From positions 4,640,001 to 4,704,000 of the forward strand of contig OZ244937.1 in NCBI GenBank assembly GCA_965222075.1: a stretch of DNA of 64,000 nt. Direction: 5' to 3'. The DNA comes from Candidatus Latescibacterota bacterium (lineage in GTDB: Bacteria > Latescibacterota > UBA2968 > GCA-2709665). Shown piece after piece: positions 29,534 to 40,900 of this stretch (position 1 is the stretch's first letter; each line of letters begins with the position of its first letter). A model generated the notes under the pieces. The model worked only from the letters and a program-made list of their open reading frames with translations. It ran no database searches and had not been told where the DNA came from. The position numbers were made by a program, and so were the translations under genes.

Positions 29534-31182
29534 CCCTTCTCAATCGCAATCGTAGAGGCGCACGACGGCTTCAGCCGGATGCGCATATTGGCCGTCAACC
29601 CGTACCCCGCGTGCAGGTACCGCCCCATATCCAGGTCCCACGCACCCTCGTTCTCCTCCGTCCAAATCCGGTAAGACGCGCCCTTCCACCTCAGACTCAG
29701 CATCCCCTCCAAAATCGAATACCCCAGCTCGTTCTTCCCATCCCACAGCAGCACGGGAACAGAGAAAAAGACCTCATCCTGTGCCCCCACGTCGCCCACC
29801 TCATACGTCAGACGCACCCACCCATCCCCCACCACCGGCTTCAAACGCAGATCCAGCTCCCCCCCCAGCAACCGGTATTCTCCCTCGTCCACAACCTCCG
29901 CCCGGCCCGACATCACCCGGTACGACCCATCCGCGCCCTTTACCCCAACCCCGAAATAAGGTTCCAGGAGCGGATCCATCTTGCTCTTGTCCTGGATCAG
30001 CTCGCGAAACGGGTGCTTCACCCCATCCCGCTTCGCGTCCGCGATCGGTTCGATCATCCCGTTGCTCAACCGCAGAGAAACCGGCTGCAGGGGAAGGTGG
30101 TACCCAAAATCGTGCTCACAAAGTGCAAACCCCAGCCTGGCATTGGTCCCGTGCAGCACAACATAGCCCCCATCCGGGTCGACCACATTCTGCACCTGCG
30201 CCGACCTGACCGTTTCAAACCCCTCCCAGCCCTGCTCCACAAGCAGCGCAAGCAGCGACCAGGCAACCAGCCCTGCGCCCAGGTCCGTATTCAGCCGGTT
30301 GTAGGTCCACTCCAGACCCGCCAGAGCGTAGGGAGAAAAGTGGTTGGGCGTATGCGAGAAAATTCCGGCCTCAACGTTAAACGACCGGCAAAACGCAAGC
30401 AGCGCCCGAACCCGGTCTTCCGCCTGCCTCCCTTCTCCAATATATGCCAGGAGTGCGGCCGCGGGATAGACATACATCTGATACGTGCTTCGACTCGCCA
30501 GAACCGGCAGATCAAACGCGCCGTTTGCCCGCTTGAACCAGGCGCACATATTCTGGAAAAGGTCCGCAATCCCCTCGTCCACGGTATCCGGGGTCTTGTT
30601 CAACAGCGCCGCCGCCATAAAACTCCCGGCCAGATACGCATGCGGAATCGAGTTCCCGTTCACATCGTCGTCTTTCAAAAATCCCTCGGGAGTCATCCGC
30701 ACCTTGAACAGGGCGACAATCGCCTCCGCCCGTTTTTTCGCCTTCTCCTCCCGGCCCAGGTCGCCGTACCAATCGCACACCAGCGAGGCCGCCGACACGT
30801 GGCAGTCCGAAAACCCGGCGTCTTCAACATAAGAATTTGCGAACGCCTGCTTCCAGTCCGCCAGCTTCTCCTCCTCCACAACCCCCGAAAAAACCGGAAA
30901 CACCATCGCCCCGTATCCCATCACATATTCTCTGAACCCCGGCGACCCCTTCGCATCCTCCAAAATCGCCACCGTTCGCTCAACCCAGCGCTCCGTCCAC
31001 TCCAAATACCGGTCCTCACCTGTCAGCCGGTACAGGGTCGCCCCAACCACAGACCAGCAGCCCGGCGCGAAATTCTCGGGCCGGTTGCTCTCATACGCAT
31101 CGTTCAACCTTCCGGTGTCATCCGTCCACCGAACCCCGACCTCAAACCCTGCCTTCAGGCATTCGACCAAATCGTTTCGCAT
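29530..31182 (-). CDS. Hypothetical protein
   Basis: Start MRNDLVE with GGAGGAGG RBS; about 550 aa; overlaps the start of the next gene. Confidence 0.7.
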   Translation of the reverse strand: MRNDLVECLKAGFEVGVRWTDDTGRLNDAYESNRPENFAPGCWSVVGATLYRLTGEDRYLEWTERWVERTVAILEDAKGSPGFREYVMGYGAMVFPVFSGVVEEEKLADWKQAFANSYVEDAGFSDCHVSAASLVCDWYGDLGREEKAKKRAEAIVALFKVRMTPEGFLKDDDVNGNSIPHAYLAGSFMAAALLNKTPDTVDEGIADLFQNMCAWFKRANGAFDLPVLASRSTYQMYVYPAAALLAYIGEGRQAEDRVRALLAFCRSFNVEAGIFSHTPNHFSPYALAGLEWTYNRLNTDLGAGLVAWSLLALLVEQGWEGFETVRSAQVQNVVDPDGGYVVLHGTNARLGFALCEHDFGYHLPLQPVSLRLSNGMIEPIADAKRDGVKHPFRELIQDKSKMDPLLEPYFGVGVKGADGSYRVMSGRAEVVDEGEYRLLGGELDLRLKPVVGDGWVRLTYEVGDVGAQDEVFFSVPVLLWDGKNELGYSILEGMLSLRWKGASYRIWTEENEGAWDLDMGRYLHAGYGLTANMRIRLKPSCASTIAIEKG

Positions 31183-31198
31183 ATCCTCCTCCTGTTCA

Positions 31199-32179
31199 TC
31201 AGCCAGTAGCGGGCGATCCCAGGGACCGCCCCTGTGACGCCGCTCGCCCCCCATAGCCCCGGTCGATATCCGGCAGGTCCGTGTGTTTGCCCAGGGTCTC
31301 GGCCATCGCCCGAACGTGATACGGCAGCGCCCCGCAGCACGAACCGATCAGGTCGATCCCCATCCGCACCGCCTCGGCCGTGTACTCCGCCATCGCAAAC
31401 CGGGTCACCACGCGGGGCTCCACCTGCGGCCACAAATCCGCCCGGCTCAGCGGCCGGTTGAAAACCTCCCCCGGTTCCACCTCATAACCCGTCGGCTGAG
31501 CGCACAGGGGCACGGACACCGCATCCCGCACCTCGTACATCAACGGCCCCATCGTCTGCCAGGGCCGCATGCAATTGACCCCCACCACATCCGCCCCCGC
31601 ATCCACCAGCCGCTTGGCCCCTTCTCCGGGACGGTACCCCTCCCGCGTATACTCGCTGTCCCGGTAGGTCATCGTCACCACCGCCGGCACGCCCGCCTGC
31701 TTCACAAACGGAATCGCCAGGCTCACCTCGTCTACCGAATAAAACGTCTCCACAATAAACAGATCAACCCCTGCCGCTGCCTGCTGTCCCACCCGCTGTT
31801 CGAAAAAGACCTGCGCATCCCGCTTCTGCTGCTCCGTCATCGGCGCCCACGTGGACTGCCCGCTATAAACAAACGGACTCAGCGTTCCCGCCACGAACCT
31901 GTTCTCACCCGCTGCCTCCCGCGCCAGCTTCACCGCCGCGTGGTGCAGCTCCTCCTCCCGCTCCATCGGACGCACCCCCCACGTCATTGCCTGGAGTACC
32001 TCGGCGCCTGCCCGCGCAAACTCCCGGTGCAGCTCCAGCACCCCTTCGGGATAGTCCAGCACCCCCATCGGAATCTTCGACGCATAGCTCCCCAAACACC
32101 GCCGTTCGAACTCCAGATAGTACCCTCCGTCGCACAGCAACGGCCCTTCGGCCAGACGTTCCAGAAATCCGGATGCCAT
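31199..32179 (-). CDS. Homocysteine S-methyltransferase family protein
   Basis: LCDGG, HREFARAGA, ETF, GVNC, GSCCG zinc ligands. Confidence 0.9.
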   Translation of the reverse strand: MASGFLERLAEGPLLCDGGYYLEFERRCLGSYASKIPMGVLDYPEGVLELHREFARAGAEVLQAMTWGVRPMEREEELHHAAVKLAREAAGENRFVAGTLSPFVYSGQSTWAPMTEQQKRDAQVFFEQRVGQQAAAGVDLFIVETFYSVDEVSLAIPFVKQAGVPAVVTMTYRDSEYTREGYRPGEGAKRLVDAGADVVGVNCMRPWQTMGPLMYEVRDAVSVPLCAQPTGYEVEPGEVFNRPLSRADLWPQVEPRVVTRFAMAEYTAEAVRMGIDLIGSCCGALPYHVRAMAETLGKHTDLPDIDRGYGGRAASQGRSLGSPATG

Positions 32180-32374
32180 GTCCTGCCTCCTCTTTTACAG
32201 ATATCGGATAAAACACGCCCGCTTCCCAAATCTCCGCGGGTGATATTCCACCGGTAAAACGCCGCCTGGATCACACGCCCACCCAGGCCATCAGAAGACA
32301 AAATCCGCGCTGGTCAGCAAAGTATCCTTCAAATCGCCCCGTAAAGGCAGGGCCTGCCCCACCCGACCCGCCTG

Positions 32375-34753
32375 CTACACCTCCACCACCTCGAACCGCT
32401 CCCCTTCCCGCATCCCGTAAGCGCTGCCGGTACTTTTCCGGGACACCTCCATATCGCCATACGTCGCATACCGCCCTCTGGCGAGGCAGAGCGAAATAGG
32501 TTCTCCGTCCTCCACGGTCGCAACCGCAGCCCTCCCGTCCAGCCCCAGCGCTCCAAACCCCACCTCCCCCGGCTCTGGATTGTGCAACAGCTCGAACCGG
32601 TCGCCTCCACACACAACCTGAAGTGCCACGGCCTCCGCCGCCCCGTTGACCGGATGCCACACCGCCTGGACTTCTGGCGCAACCTCGCCTTCAAACGGCG
32701 CGTACACCGCAACAAAAATCGCCCGGGAGCCGGAGCGGCTCACCTGCAAATACCCCCGGTAGGGCATCACCGCGCCCTCTTTCAGCGTCCCCCCCTGCCC
32801 GTGCAACGCCTGAATCACATCCTCTTCGGGCGGGCACTCCGAAACGGTCACAGCCAACGGTACAGCCCCGGGGAGAACCACCTTCAGCCCGCTCGGATTT
32901 TCTCCGTCGAACAGCCAGGTCGCCGTCACGTCTCCCCCCGCCTCGCCCTGCCTGCCCCAGCGCAGCGGCTCCGGCACGTCTACCGGCTGCATCTCCCCCA
33001 CCCCTTCCACAGACAGCCGGCCCGACCGGGCGTGCAGCGTCCACGTATACGCATCCAGATCCCCGCAAACCCGAAACAGATCCACCACCAGGGGTTTTCC
33101 CCTGCGCCTGGGCAGCAGGGCGATGAACCGTGAGTTGTGCGGCGCCAGCCCGGCCTCGGCCAGCTTCGGCCCCGGCGTGATGAGCCAGATCATCGGCTTC
33201 CCGCCCTCTGCCTGTTCCGCCACCTCCTGCACCGTATTGTGAGAAAGTGCGCTCCGTTCCCACAGCCGCGCCCATTCCGGGTTCCAGTTGTACCCCATTT
33301 CCGTAACCATCTCCAGCCCGCACGCCCACAGTCCCAAATTTAAATAATCCCGCTGCTTGTGCGCTGCCGGGACGTAGGGGCCGTAGTCGATAAACACCAT
33401 CGTCTGCGATGCCTTCTCCGCTCCCTCCCGCAGCGCCATCACCCCCATCCCCGGCAGGTGCAGGCTCTCAACCCCATAGTCTTCCCCCGCCCCATCGGCA
33501 GCCGCGTCCGGCGCCCGATAAAACAGCGAATACAGCGTTCCCCCCGCCAGGTTCTCCCCCCACATTTCCTTCAAATGGCGCAGCGCCTTCGGATCCCTAT
33601 AATTGATATAGGCGATCTCCGAGCAGAAAAAACGCGGTCGGCTGCCCACGTGGGAATCGTTCACCGCCGGAATGCTCCCGTCTGGAAAGGTGAAATCCAG
33701 AAACCAGGTATAACAGCGGCGCAGCAGGCAGCATTTTGGATTGGAATAAATATCCACCCCTGTATTGCCCCGCACAATCTCCGGAATACCCACCATTGCC
33801 TGCAGCAGCCCCAAAGTGTAATCGGGGGTACATTCGTAGAACGTACCGTCACCGTGAAAAATCCCTACCCCAGGATCCAGCAGATCCTCGTACATCTTCA
33901 CAATCGACCGCAGCGTCTCCCCGTCCTCCAACAGCGCCGCTGAAGCCGCAATACACCACCACGCCTCCCCGTGGTCCTGAATCGAGTAATGCCACAGATA
34001 GGGCGACACATCCTCCCCCACCTCGTACCCCTCCAGCGACCCCGCCCCCCCCTTCTTGAACCCCTCCACAAAATAGTCGCGGGCATACGCCACCAGCTCC
34101 CGGTCGATCCTCTGGCACTGCGCTTCGGACAGAACCCCGGAATCGCGCACCAGGTCGTAGGCGTGCAGCACCTGGTGCACGTGCCCGGCGTCGCGGCGTT
34201 TCCACCCGTCGATCTTGCCGTAGTAGGGATCGACCTCATCGTGCCACTCGTTCCGATTCACCCTGTTGATCCGATATCCCTGGAACACCTCCGCAAACCG
34301 TTCCACCAGGGTCCCCACCTTCTCCGCATACCGCCCGTCCCCCTCAATCTGGTACACAATTCCCGCGCTTTCCAACCCCTCCAGAATGTAATGGAGCCGA
34401 TAAGACCGGATCACCGCATGGATATTCCAGGTCTCCGACGCATCCTCCGGGTCCCAGTCCCACGTCGTCTTGCAGTCGGTGCACTGGAGCGTATCCCCGG
34501 TGTTGATCAGCGTGTACGCATACCACGGCCCGCATCCGCAGTGGGGGCAGACCACCGTAATCAGCGGCGTCTTATCCGGAACAAAAGAACGCAGGCGGTC
34601 CCGGTCCATATCCAGGTAACCATCCGCCTGCGCCTTAATCCCTGCATACAGATCCCTCGCCCAGGTATGGCGCACGATATTCTCCCTGGCCCGGGCGATA
34701 TCGCTCGCCTTGTACATCGTGCAGGGATACCGCGACGCCTTCGATTCGGCCAT
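32375..34753 (-). CDS. Heparinase II/III family protein
   Basis: DGTFYE..Y, FPDGSIPAVNDS, HKQRDYL, SHNTV; N-terminal CxxC...CxxC. Confidence 0.75.
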   Translation of the reverse strand: MAESKASRYPCTMYKASDIARARENIVRHTWARDLYAGIKAQADGYLDMDRDRLRSFVPDKTPLITVVCPHCGCGPWYAYTLINTGDTLQCTDCKTTWDWDPEDASETWNIHAVIRSYRLHYILEGLESAGIVYQIEGDGRYAEKVGTLVERFAEVFQGYRINRVNRNEWHDEVDPYYGKIDGWKRRDAGHVHQVLHAYDLVRDSGVLSEAQCQRIDRELVAYARDYFVEGFKKGGAGSLEGYEVGEDVSPYLWHYSIQDHGEAWWCIAASAALLEDGETLRSIVKMYEDLLDPGVGIFHGDGTFYECTPDYTLGLLQAMVGIPEIVRGNTGVDIYSNPKCCLLRRCYTWFLDFTFPDGSIPAVNDSHVGSRPRFFCSEIAYINYRDPKALRHLKEMWGENLAGGTLYSLFYRAPDAAADGAGEDYGVESLHLPGMGVMALREGAEKASQTMVFIDYGPYVPAAHKQRDYLNLGLWACGLEMVTEMGYNWNPEWARLWERSALSHNTVQEVAEQAEGGKPMIWLITPGPKLAEAGLAPHNSRFIALLPRRRGKPLVVDLFRVCGDLDAYTWTLHARSGRLSVEGVGEMQPVDVPEPLRWGRQGEAGGDVTATWLFDGENPSGLKVVLPGAVPLAVTVSECPPEEDVIQALHGQGGTLKEGAVMPYRGYLQVSRSGSRAIFVAVYAPFEGEVAPEVQAVWHPVNGAAEAVALQVVCGGDRFELLHNPEPGEVGFGALGLDGRAAVATVEDGEPISLCLARGRYATYGDMEVSRKSTGSAYGMREGERFEVVEV

Positions 34754-34784
34754 ACCGTCTCCTGTAAAAAAAATAGAATCGCTA

Positions 34785-34958
34785 CTATATATGCCTGCCT
34801 TTGGCGGAAATCAAGCGAAACCGGAACGGGTAGTCCAGCACCCCCATCGGACTCTTCGACGCATAACTGCCCAGGCACCGCCGCTCGAACTCTAAGTAAT
34901 ACCCCCCATCCACAAGCAGAGGGCCTTCCGCCAGACGCTCCATAAACCCGGATGTCAT
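34785..34958 (-). pseudogene. 5' fragment (44 codons) of a homocysteine S-methyltransferase paralogue
   Basis: Manual translation MTSGFMERLAEGPLLVDGGYYLEFERRCLGSYASKSPMGVLDYP is nearly identical to the start of 31199-32179, then diverges and stops. Confidence 0.85.
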
Positions 34959-34994
34959 ATCATCCTCCCCTCTTCTGTGTCCTTCTGTGGCGCT

Positions 34995-35933
34995 TCACTC
35001 CTTTCGCACCTCATAGAAAGGTACAAGAAGGGGTGAAAAGTCTTCCTTGAAAGGCACCCGTTGTTCGACATTTGCACCACACCAGTCGAAGACTGTGTGC
35101 CCTCGTTGCCACATCCAATTGATGGCCTTCCAGCGTACAAGAGAATATGCTTCCCTATCTTTAGCCTGGTTATGGCACGTATAGAGACCGTAGCAGCGAT
35201 GCCTGTCCCAGGGAATCAGCATGGCGGCTCTGATCTGGTCTTGTGGGTCCACAGTAGTGAACAAGCGTCCGCAGTCCCGATCGTAAATGGCATCAACCAG
35301 ATCAACATAGAAGTCGTGGGAAAATATGTGACCGTAGGTGGGCTCGAAAAGGGTGGCAAGTGCATCGGGATTCCTACTCTCCACTACCTGGTAGCCAAGC
35401 CCTTGGCCCTTTTCAATCTCATTGCGCGTGTGAGCTGTCAATTGATTGTAGAATTCGCGTTCTTGGTCTCGAAAAAGGCGATACGTAAAGAGCGGCCTCG
35501 CCTTCCAGCCTTGCCAGATAAACCATCGAATGTTGATGAATTCTGGCGTCGTTACGAATCGGACCTCTTCGTAGTCCCTGAAGAACTCAAGCAAAGCAGA
35601 GGATACATGGCGGTCCAATTCTGCTCGCATGCCGGGTCTGGATCTATCTTTGTGAATCAGAATGCCGCCAAAAGGAGTGCCCCTGGGCCTATTGAGTCGT
35701 TTGGCACTTGAGCCGTCCTCCTGGAAGCTTAGGCCGGCTATGAGTCGATCCTCTTCAAAAACCCCTACATATCGGATTCGACCGAAATGGCGGTCTATGA
35801 GGTCAAGCCATAAGCGAGAACAGAAGAAATGGCCTTCCGGAGATGACTCGTTCAGGTCATCCCACAACGGCAGCTCCGATGGGGCAAGAACCCGTACCTG
35901 CAATTCTGATGGGTCAACACGCTCGTCTTCCAT
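34995..35933 (-). CDS. GNAT/FemAB-like acyltransferase
   Basis: WDDL, FFCSRLWL, TRNEIEKG, FDWCGAN, FKEDF. Confidence 0.75.
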   Translation of the reverse strand: MEDERVDPSELQVRVLAPSELPLWDDLNESSPEGHFFCSRLWLDLIDRHFGRIRYVGVFEEDRLIAGLSFQEDGSSAKRLNRPRGTPFGGILIHKDRSRPGMRAELDRHVSSALLEFFRDYEEVRFVTTPEFINIRWFIWQGWKARPLFTYRLFRDQEREFYNQLTAHTRNEIEKGQGLGYQVVESRNPDALATLFEPTYGHIFSHDFYVDLVDAIYDRDCGRLFTTVDPQDQIRAAMLIPWDRHRCYGLYTCHNQAKDREAYSLVRWKAINWMWQRGHTVFDWCGANVEQRVPFKEDFSPLLVPFYEVRKE

Positions 35934-35948
35934 CTTTTGGTCCTCCCC

Positions 35949-37781
35949 TTAAGAAACTTCAGCCCCTCCCCCTGGCCCCAACTCCAGCCAAACCTCATTT
36001 CCGCGAACCTCAAGCGTTCGGTAGAGGGCATTCCGGTTGGCCGCTGGAGGATCGCCCGTAAAACGCCACTCTCTCTCCGGCTCAAGGCGAATTCGGTAGG
36101 CCGCTCCCCGGTAGGTCACTTCAACGCCGGAGGAACCTTCCGAAACCGATGCCTCCTCCTGTCCGTCAAAGGAGATAACAGGCACTAAGATAGACTGTTT
36201 CGGCGGTCTGGGGTCCAGCCGGACGGAATATACCAGTCCTTCCGAAGTCAGAGAATAGGACTCCACGATTTCACCACAGCCTCCCATTTCACCACGATAC
36301 GTAACCTCGAAGGCGACCTCGTCCGTCGTCTCTTTGAGCACCTTAAGGGTGACATCCGAGATCTCAGCCTCAAAATCCGCAAGCCGATGTTCCTTTCCTG
36401 CTGCGTCTTTCCATGCAGGTCCGACGGCGAGGTCTCTGGACGGTCGGTTGACCCCGAAGGAGTATTCGGCACTGGCCGACAAGCTCGCCGACAGAGCGGT
36501 CTCCGGTCGAACGCCTTCGCGGTGAATGCGCCCCAGTCCCGTAGCATCCTTCTTGTGGTCCGCACGTGTGTCGATCTCGACGTGATAGCCCCCACACGTG
36601 GCGAAGACCTTGTGGAAAGCCGGCCAAAGATTGAAGACGTACCCGCCCACCTCAGCAGGCGTGATCCGCTCTTCGATCTCCTCATCGGCCAGATGATAGG
36701 CCGTAGCAAAAAGGCTGGCCGCAAGCGCGCCGTAGACGCTGTAGGGCCCGGCCGAATCGACCCCATGTCCCAGCGAAGGGTGAAAGCCCTGCTTCGTATG
36801 GCGGAAGGGGTTCATATCGATAATCCAGGGCAGGCACATCTGCACGGCCCTGCGCCCTGCCCGCTTGAAAATCCCCGCCGTCAACAGATCCCCCGCCTGT
36901 CTGTGATACGCAGCCTGGGTTTCACAGAGGCAGGCAAAGTGCCCCTCAACGAAGTGAAACTGGTTGCTCCGCCCTCCAAAAGGCATCTGCCCGGTGACCG
37001 ACTGGCAGAGAAGAGAAGTCAAAGCGCCTCTTTCGGATATCCAGTCCAGGTGTCCGCCATCGTAGCCGTAGTGGCGTACCAGGTCCAGCTGCTGTTTCAC
37101 GACAAGATCATAGGTCATCGGATCGTTGGGATCGCGGTACATCCCATAGGGGGTGAAATCTCTTGATAGGTATTCGATCGCCCCTTCAATGAGTTCCCTA
37201 TCTCCACCGAGCTTCAGGCTTCCCTTGAAGAATTCAGCAGTCAGTAAGAAAGCGACAAAGTTGTGATGGTGAATCCCACCTTTGACCGAGCCGTAGCTCG
37301 CACGCGGGTTGTGTCCCCGCCATATGGCCTCCCACCGTCTCACGCGCTCTGGATCCATCCTGTCTTTCAGCGCCCTGTGGGCGTACATCAGCTCCTTGAT
37401 CCAGAACTCAGGGAAGTACTGGACCTGGTCCAGGTGAGCCAGACGCTCCTCATATGCCTTGGCGCAGCCGTCGATCAGGTCTTCACACCGGCCTGTGGAA
37501 ATAAGCTGTCCGAGTGCGCCGATGAAGCGTGTCTGGGCGTGAACGAGCACCCTCTGCCCTTGGCGGTTGGTGGTGTAGTATTCATCCTGTGAAAAGGGAT
37601 CCAGGATGATCCCGTTTTCGTCCTGCCAGGTCGCCAGCGCCCGGACGATCCGCTCGGCGGCGTCCAGGCAGGTTTCACGGGTGACGCCTGTGGGCCGTGG
37701 GATCGGCGCCCGCTCGATGTCCTCCCGAAGCCGGGCCCACGTTCCTTTCAGTGGATAAGGCTCCATAAACCCGGATGCCAT
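35949..37781 (-). CDS. Conserved-looking hypothetical protein
   Basis: 610 aa, GGAGGAGG RBS; motifs YRDPNDPMTYD and PFGGRSNQF. Confidence 0.75.
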   Translation of the reverse strand: MASGFMEPYPLKGTWARLREDIERAPIPRPTGVTRETCLDAAERIVRALATWQDENGIILDPFSQDEYYTTNRQGQRVLVHAQTRFIGALGQLISTGRCEDLIDGCAKAYEERLAHLDQVQYFPEFWIKELMYAHRALKDRMDPERVRRWEAIWRGHNPRASYGSVKGGIHHHNFVAFLLTAEFFKGSLKLGGDRELIEGAIEYLSRDFTPYGMYRDPNDPMTYDLVVKQQLDLVRHYGYDGGHLDWISERGALTSLLCQSVTGQMPFGGRSNQFHFVEGHFACLCETQAAYHRQAGDLLTAGIFKRAGRRAVQMCLPWIIDMNPFRHTKQGFHPSLGHGVDSAGPYSVYGALAASLFATAYHLADEEIEERITPAEVGGYVFNLWPAFHKVFATCGGYHVEIDTRADHKKDATGLGRIHREGVRPETALSASLSASAEYSFGVNRPSRDLAVGPAWKDAAGKEHRLADFEAEISDVTLKVLKETTDEVAFEVTYRGEMGGCGEIVESYSLTSEGLVYSVRLDPRPPKQSILVPVISFDGQEEASVSEGSSGVEVTYRGAAYRIRLEPEREWRFTGDPPAANRNALYRTLEVRGNEVWLELGPGGGAEVS

Positions 37782-37821
37782 AATCCCCTCCTCCTGGATG
37801 TGGACGACGGACGATAGACAA

Positions 37822-37950
37822 CAAAGGAATCGCCAGGCTCACCTCGTCCACCGAGTAAAAGGTCTCCAGAACGAATAGATCCACACCCACCTCGGCCTGC
37901 TGGCCCACCCGCCGCTCGAAAATGGATTTCCTGCGGTCCTCCTCTGCCGT
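37822..37950 (-). pseudogene. Internal fragment of a homocysteine S-methyltransferase paralogue
   Basis: FERRVGQQAEVGVDLFVLETFYSVDEVSLAIP aligns with FEQRVGQQAAAGVDLFIVETFYSVDEVSLAIP in 31199-32179. Confidence 0.85.
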
Positions 37951-40900
37951 CTACTCCGACACCACGAACCCCGTCTCCTTCGCTGCCGTCCGGCCGCTGT
38001 TCAAATCGGTCACTTCCACCCGCAAATAGTGCCGTCCGGCCTTCGCCTCCCCCAGGTCCAGCTCCGTGTACACCGCCTCCGACGCCGCCAGGCCCGCCCG
38101 CTTGTACCCCCCCACGGCCACCTCCTCCTTTCGCCCCCTGCCCGTCAGCGTCTGCACCAGGCGCGAAATAATCCCTCCCACCTTCCGGCCCACCGTGTAC
38201 GCAACCCGGTATTTCGCCTGGCCGAATTCGTCTTTCTCCAAATTATAAACTTCATAGTAAACGAACACGCTCTGACCCGCGCGGTACGTCCGCGAAGGCA
38301 TCGGGATCACCTCCAGCCCCGCCTTGCCGAACCTGCCCTCCGTTTTCGCCTCGGCAACCCGCCAGGCCAGCTCCAGGTCGCTCACCCGCAGCCGATCCCC
38401 ACCGTACCCCTCCACCACCACCCGCTGCCGGTAAATCCCCAGCCGGCCGTCCATCCGGTCCTGCGCCTTCACCTCCAGCCGGTAGACCCCGGGCGGCACC
38501 TCCATCCGCACAAGGTCCGGCACCAGCGTTCCCCACTCCTTGGGACCGCCCGAAACCTGGAACGCCACCTCGCCCGTTTTGCGGTACACGGTATCCAGCG
38601 TTGTGGGAATTAGTGCGACCTGCCGTTTCACCACCCGCGTCACATCTTCTCCGGGCGCGTAGCGGCGCGGTGGGCGGGGAATTCCGTAATAAACCTCCAG
38701 CACACTGCGGCCGTCCCTTCCCCGAAAGTCCGCCAGCGAATAGTAGAAATCGAAGGGCGGAACCTCGTATTCGGGCACATAGTGGTCCGGAGACACCGAG
38801 GCCGCCACCGCAAACGTCCGCTCGGGCGCGTGCCGAACGAACCGGGCCATCTGCGCGGCGGAAACCTCCGGAGACATCGGCACGGGCGCATAATCGTAAA
38901 TCCCCTTGCCGAACTCATCGGTGAAGCTGATCTCAATCCCCCCATCCACCTGGAGATAGACCCAGGACTCCCAGGGCACGCCCCCGTGGTCTTCACCGGT
39001 CGCCGTCACCGGGCGGTAGTCGGTCAGCTTGGAGGAATCGTCCTGGAAAAGCTGCCCCCGCGCACGGGCGCTTCTACCGTCCGGCCCGAACGCAGCGACG
39101 GCCCGGTTGTTCTCGTCCGAACCGGCCGGGACGGCCTCATCCGAACCGTCCTCCCGGACATGCCGGCCCGCTCTGGCCTGGACGCCCCCCACCTCGTCCT
39201 GCCCCTCGGCAACATAATGCTCCCCCCGGCTGGGTCCGCCGCTCTGCCGCTCCCCCTGCACCGCCCGGTCCTGCCTGAGGTTCGCCACCGCATCCGTTCC
39301 TTCCAGTTCCTCTTCAATGGACATTTCGAACCCCAGATCGGCTTCGAACCCCAGCACATCCCTCTGCAACGAGAAATTGCGCACCGGGAACACCGGGCCG
39401 GTATACATCTCGCCAATCGCGGCTGTCCCGTACAGATTGGCCGCCAGCCGCTCTTTCACCCGAATCACAGCCAGATCTCTGGGAACGTCCATCATCCGTG
39501 AACTCGACCGGTGGTCCGGCTCTCCGAACCGGATGTACACGTCTCCCCGGCGGTCCCACGGCTGTTTCCCGCCCGAAAACGCCACAGAGGCATACCACAC
39601 CCGCCGGTAGTGTTCCAGCAGGCGCTCGTTCACCGGCGTCGTGAGGTCCGGATCCCGCCCGTTCCAGAACCGCCTCGAAAACGCCTCCCGCTCTACGCCC
39701 GATGTATGGGCGTACTCGGCCAGCTCCTCCGGCGACGCGATCGGGCTGATGTCCTCGTACAGGGCGCGGATCTTTGCGGGAAGCCGGGACAGGTAGGAGG
39801 CAAAAAAGCCCATCGCCATGCCTAACTCCCCTTTTTTCACACACGCCTGCGCCACAATCGGCATCAGCTCTACCGCATCCGGATACGCCTGCACGAACGC
39901 CTGCAGCTGCTCCAGAATCCTGTCGTAGTCCTTCACCTTTAAATAAGCCAGCCCCAGCTTTCGCTGTCCCTCCGGGTCGTTAGGCCGAAGGGCCAGGTAC
40001 TTCGTATACCACACAACCGCCTGCGCGAAGTCCTGGCTGAAATGGGCGTACCAATCTCCAATCAGCAAGTAGGCGTCCCCATACGTCGGATCCATCTTCA
40101 ACACCCGCTCGATCTCCGGCTTTGCATCGTGCTCATTCATCAAATACCGCGCCCGGGCGATCTGGTATTGCGCATCCACATAATGCCGATCCCGGATCAA
40201 CGCTTCTCTGAAAAAAGAGATGGCCCGGTACCGCTTATTGGGCAGTTCCATGTGCACCAGCCCCAGTCCGTAATACGGTTCTGCGTCTCCCATCTCCAGC
40301 GAAGCCGCCCGCTTGAAAGCCCATTCGGCCGCTGCGTACTTCCCCGCCTTGAGATACGCATGCCCCAGCTGCATGTGCGTATCTTGGTCCTCCAGACGCT
40401 GGTGGGCCACGGCCCGCATCCAGAAGACCGCCCCTGCCGCATCCCCCGATTCCAGGCGCCGGTGGGCCTCAGAATAGAGGGAATCCACCCCCTCCGGCCC
40501 CAGATCCAGCGCTTCGACCCGGTATCCGCTCCGGCTCGAAACCAGGCGCAGCGCCCGTCCCGGGTGCCAGTAACAGCTCAACCCAGCCCCGGGCCGGTAG
40601 AAATAGCCCACTTCAGGCACATAAGGGCCGGAGGCCGCCGGGCAGCGCACCAGCCGGTCCAGCACACTCAGGTCCCGCTTCCGGATCTTTCCGTCTCGAG
40701 CTTCCTGCCCAATCTTGCCCTCAACCCACGCGCGCAGCCCCTGCAAATCGGGCGGAAAATATCCCCCGTGCGCCCGGCCGTAGTCTGCAAAAAAATCCCC
40801 TAAAACCAGCATGTGCTCCCGGCAAACCGTTTCTTCAAACCCCGCCTCGTCCATCTCCGCAAACGCCCGGAACACGGCGGCATAGCCCAGGCAACTCCCT

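Noticed and set aside
32180-32374. Possible SAM riboswitch upstream of the methyltransferase
   Set aside because: No recognisable SAM-I/II or cobalamin consensus and no terminator
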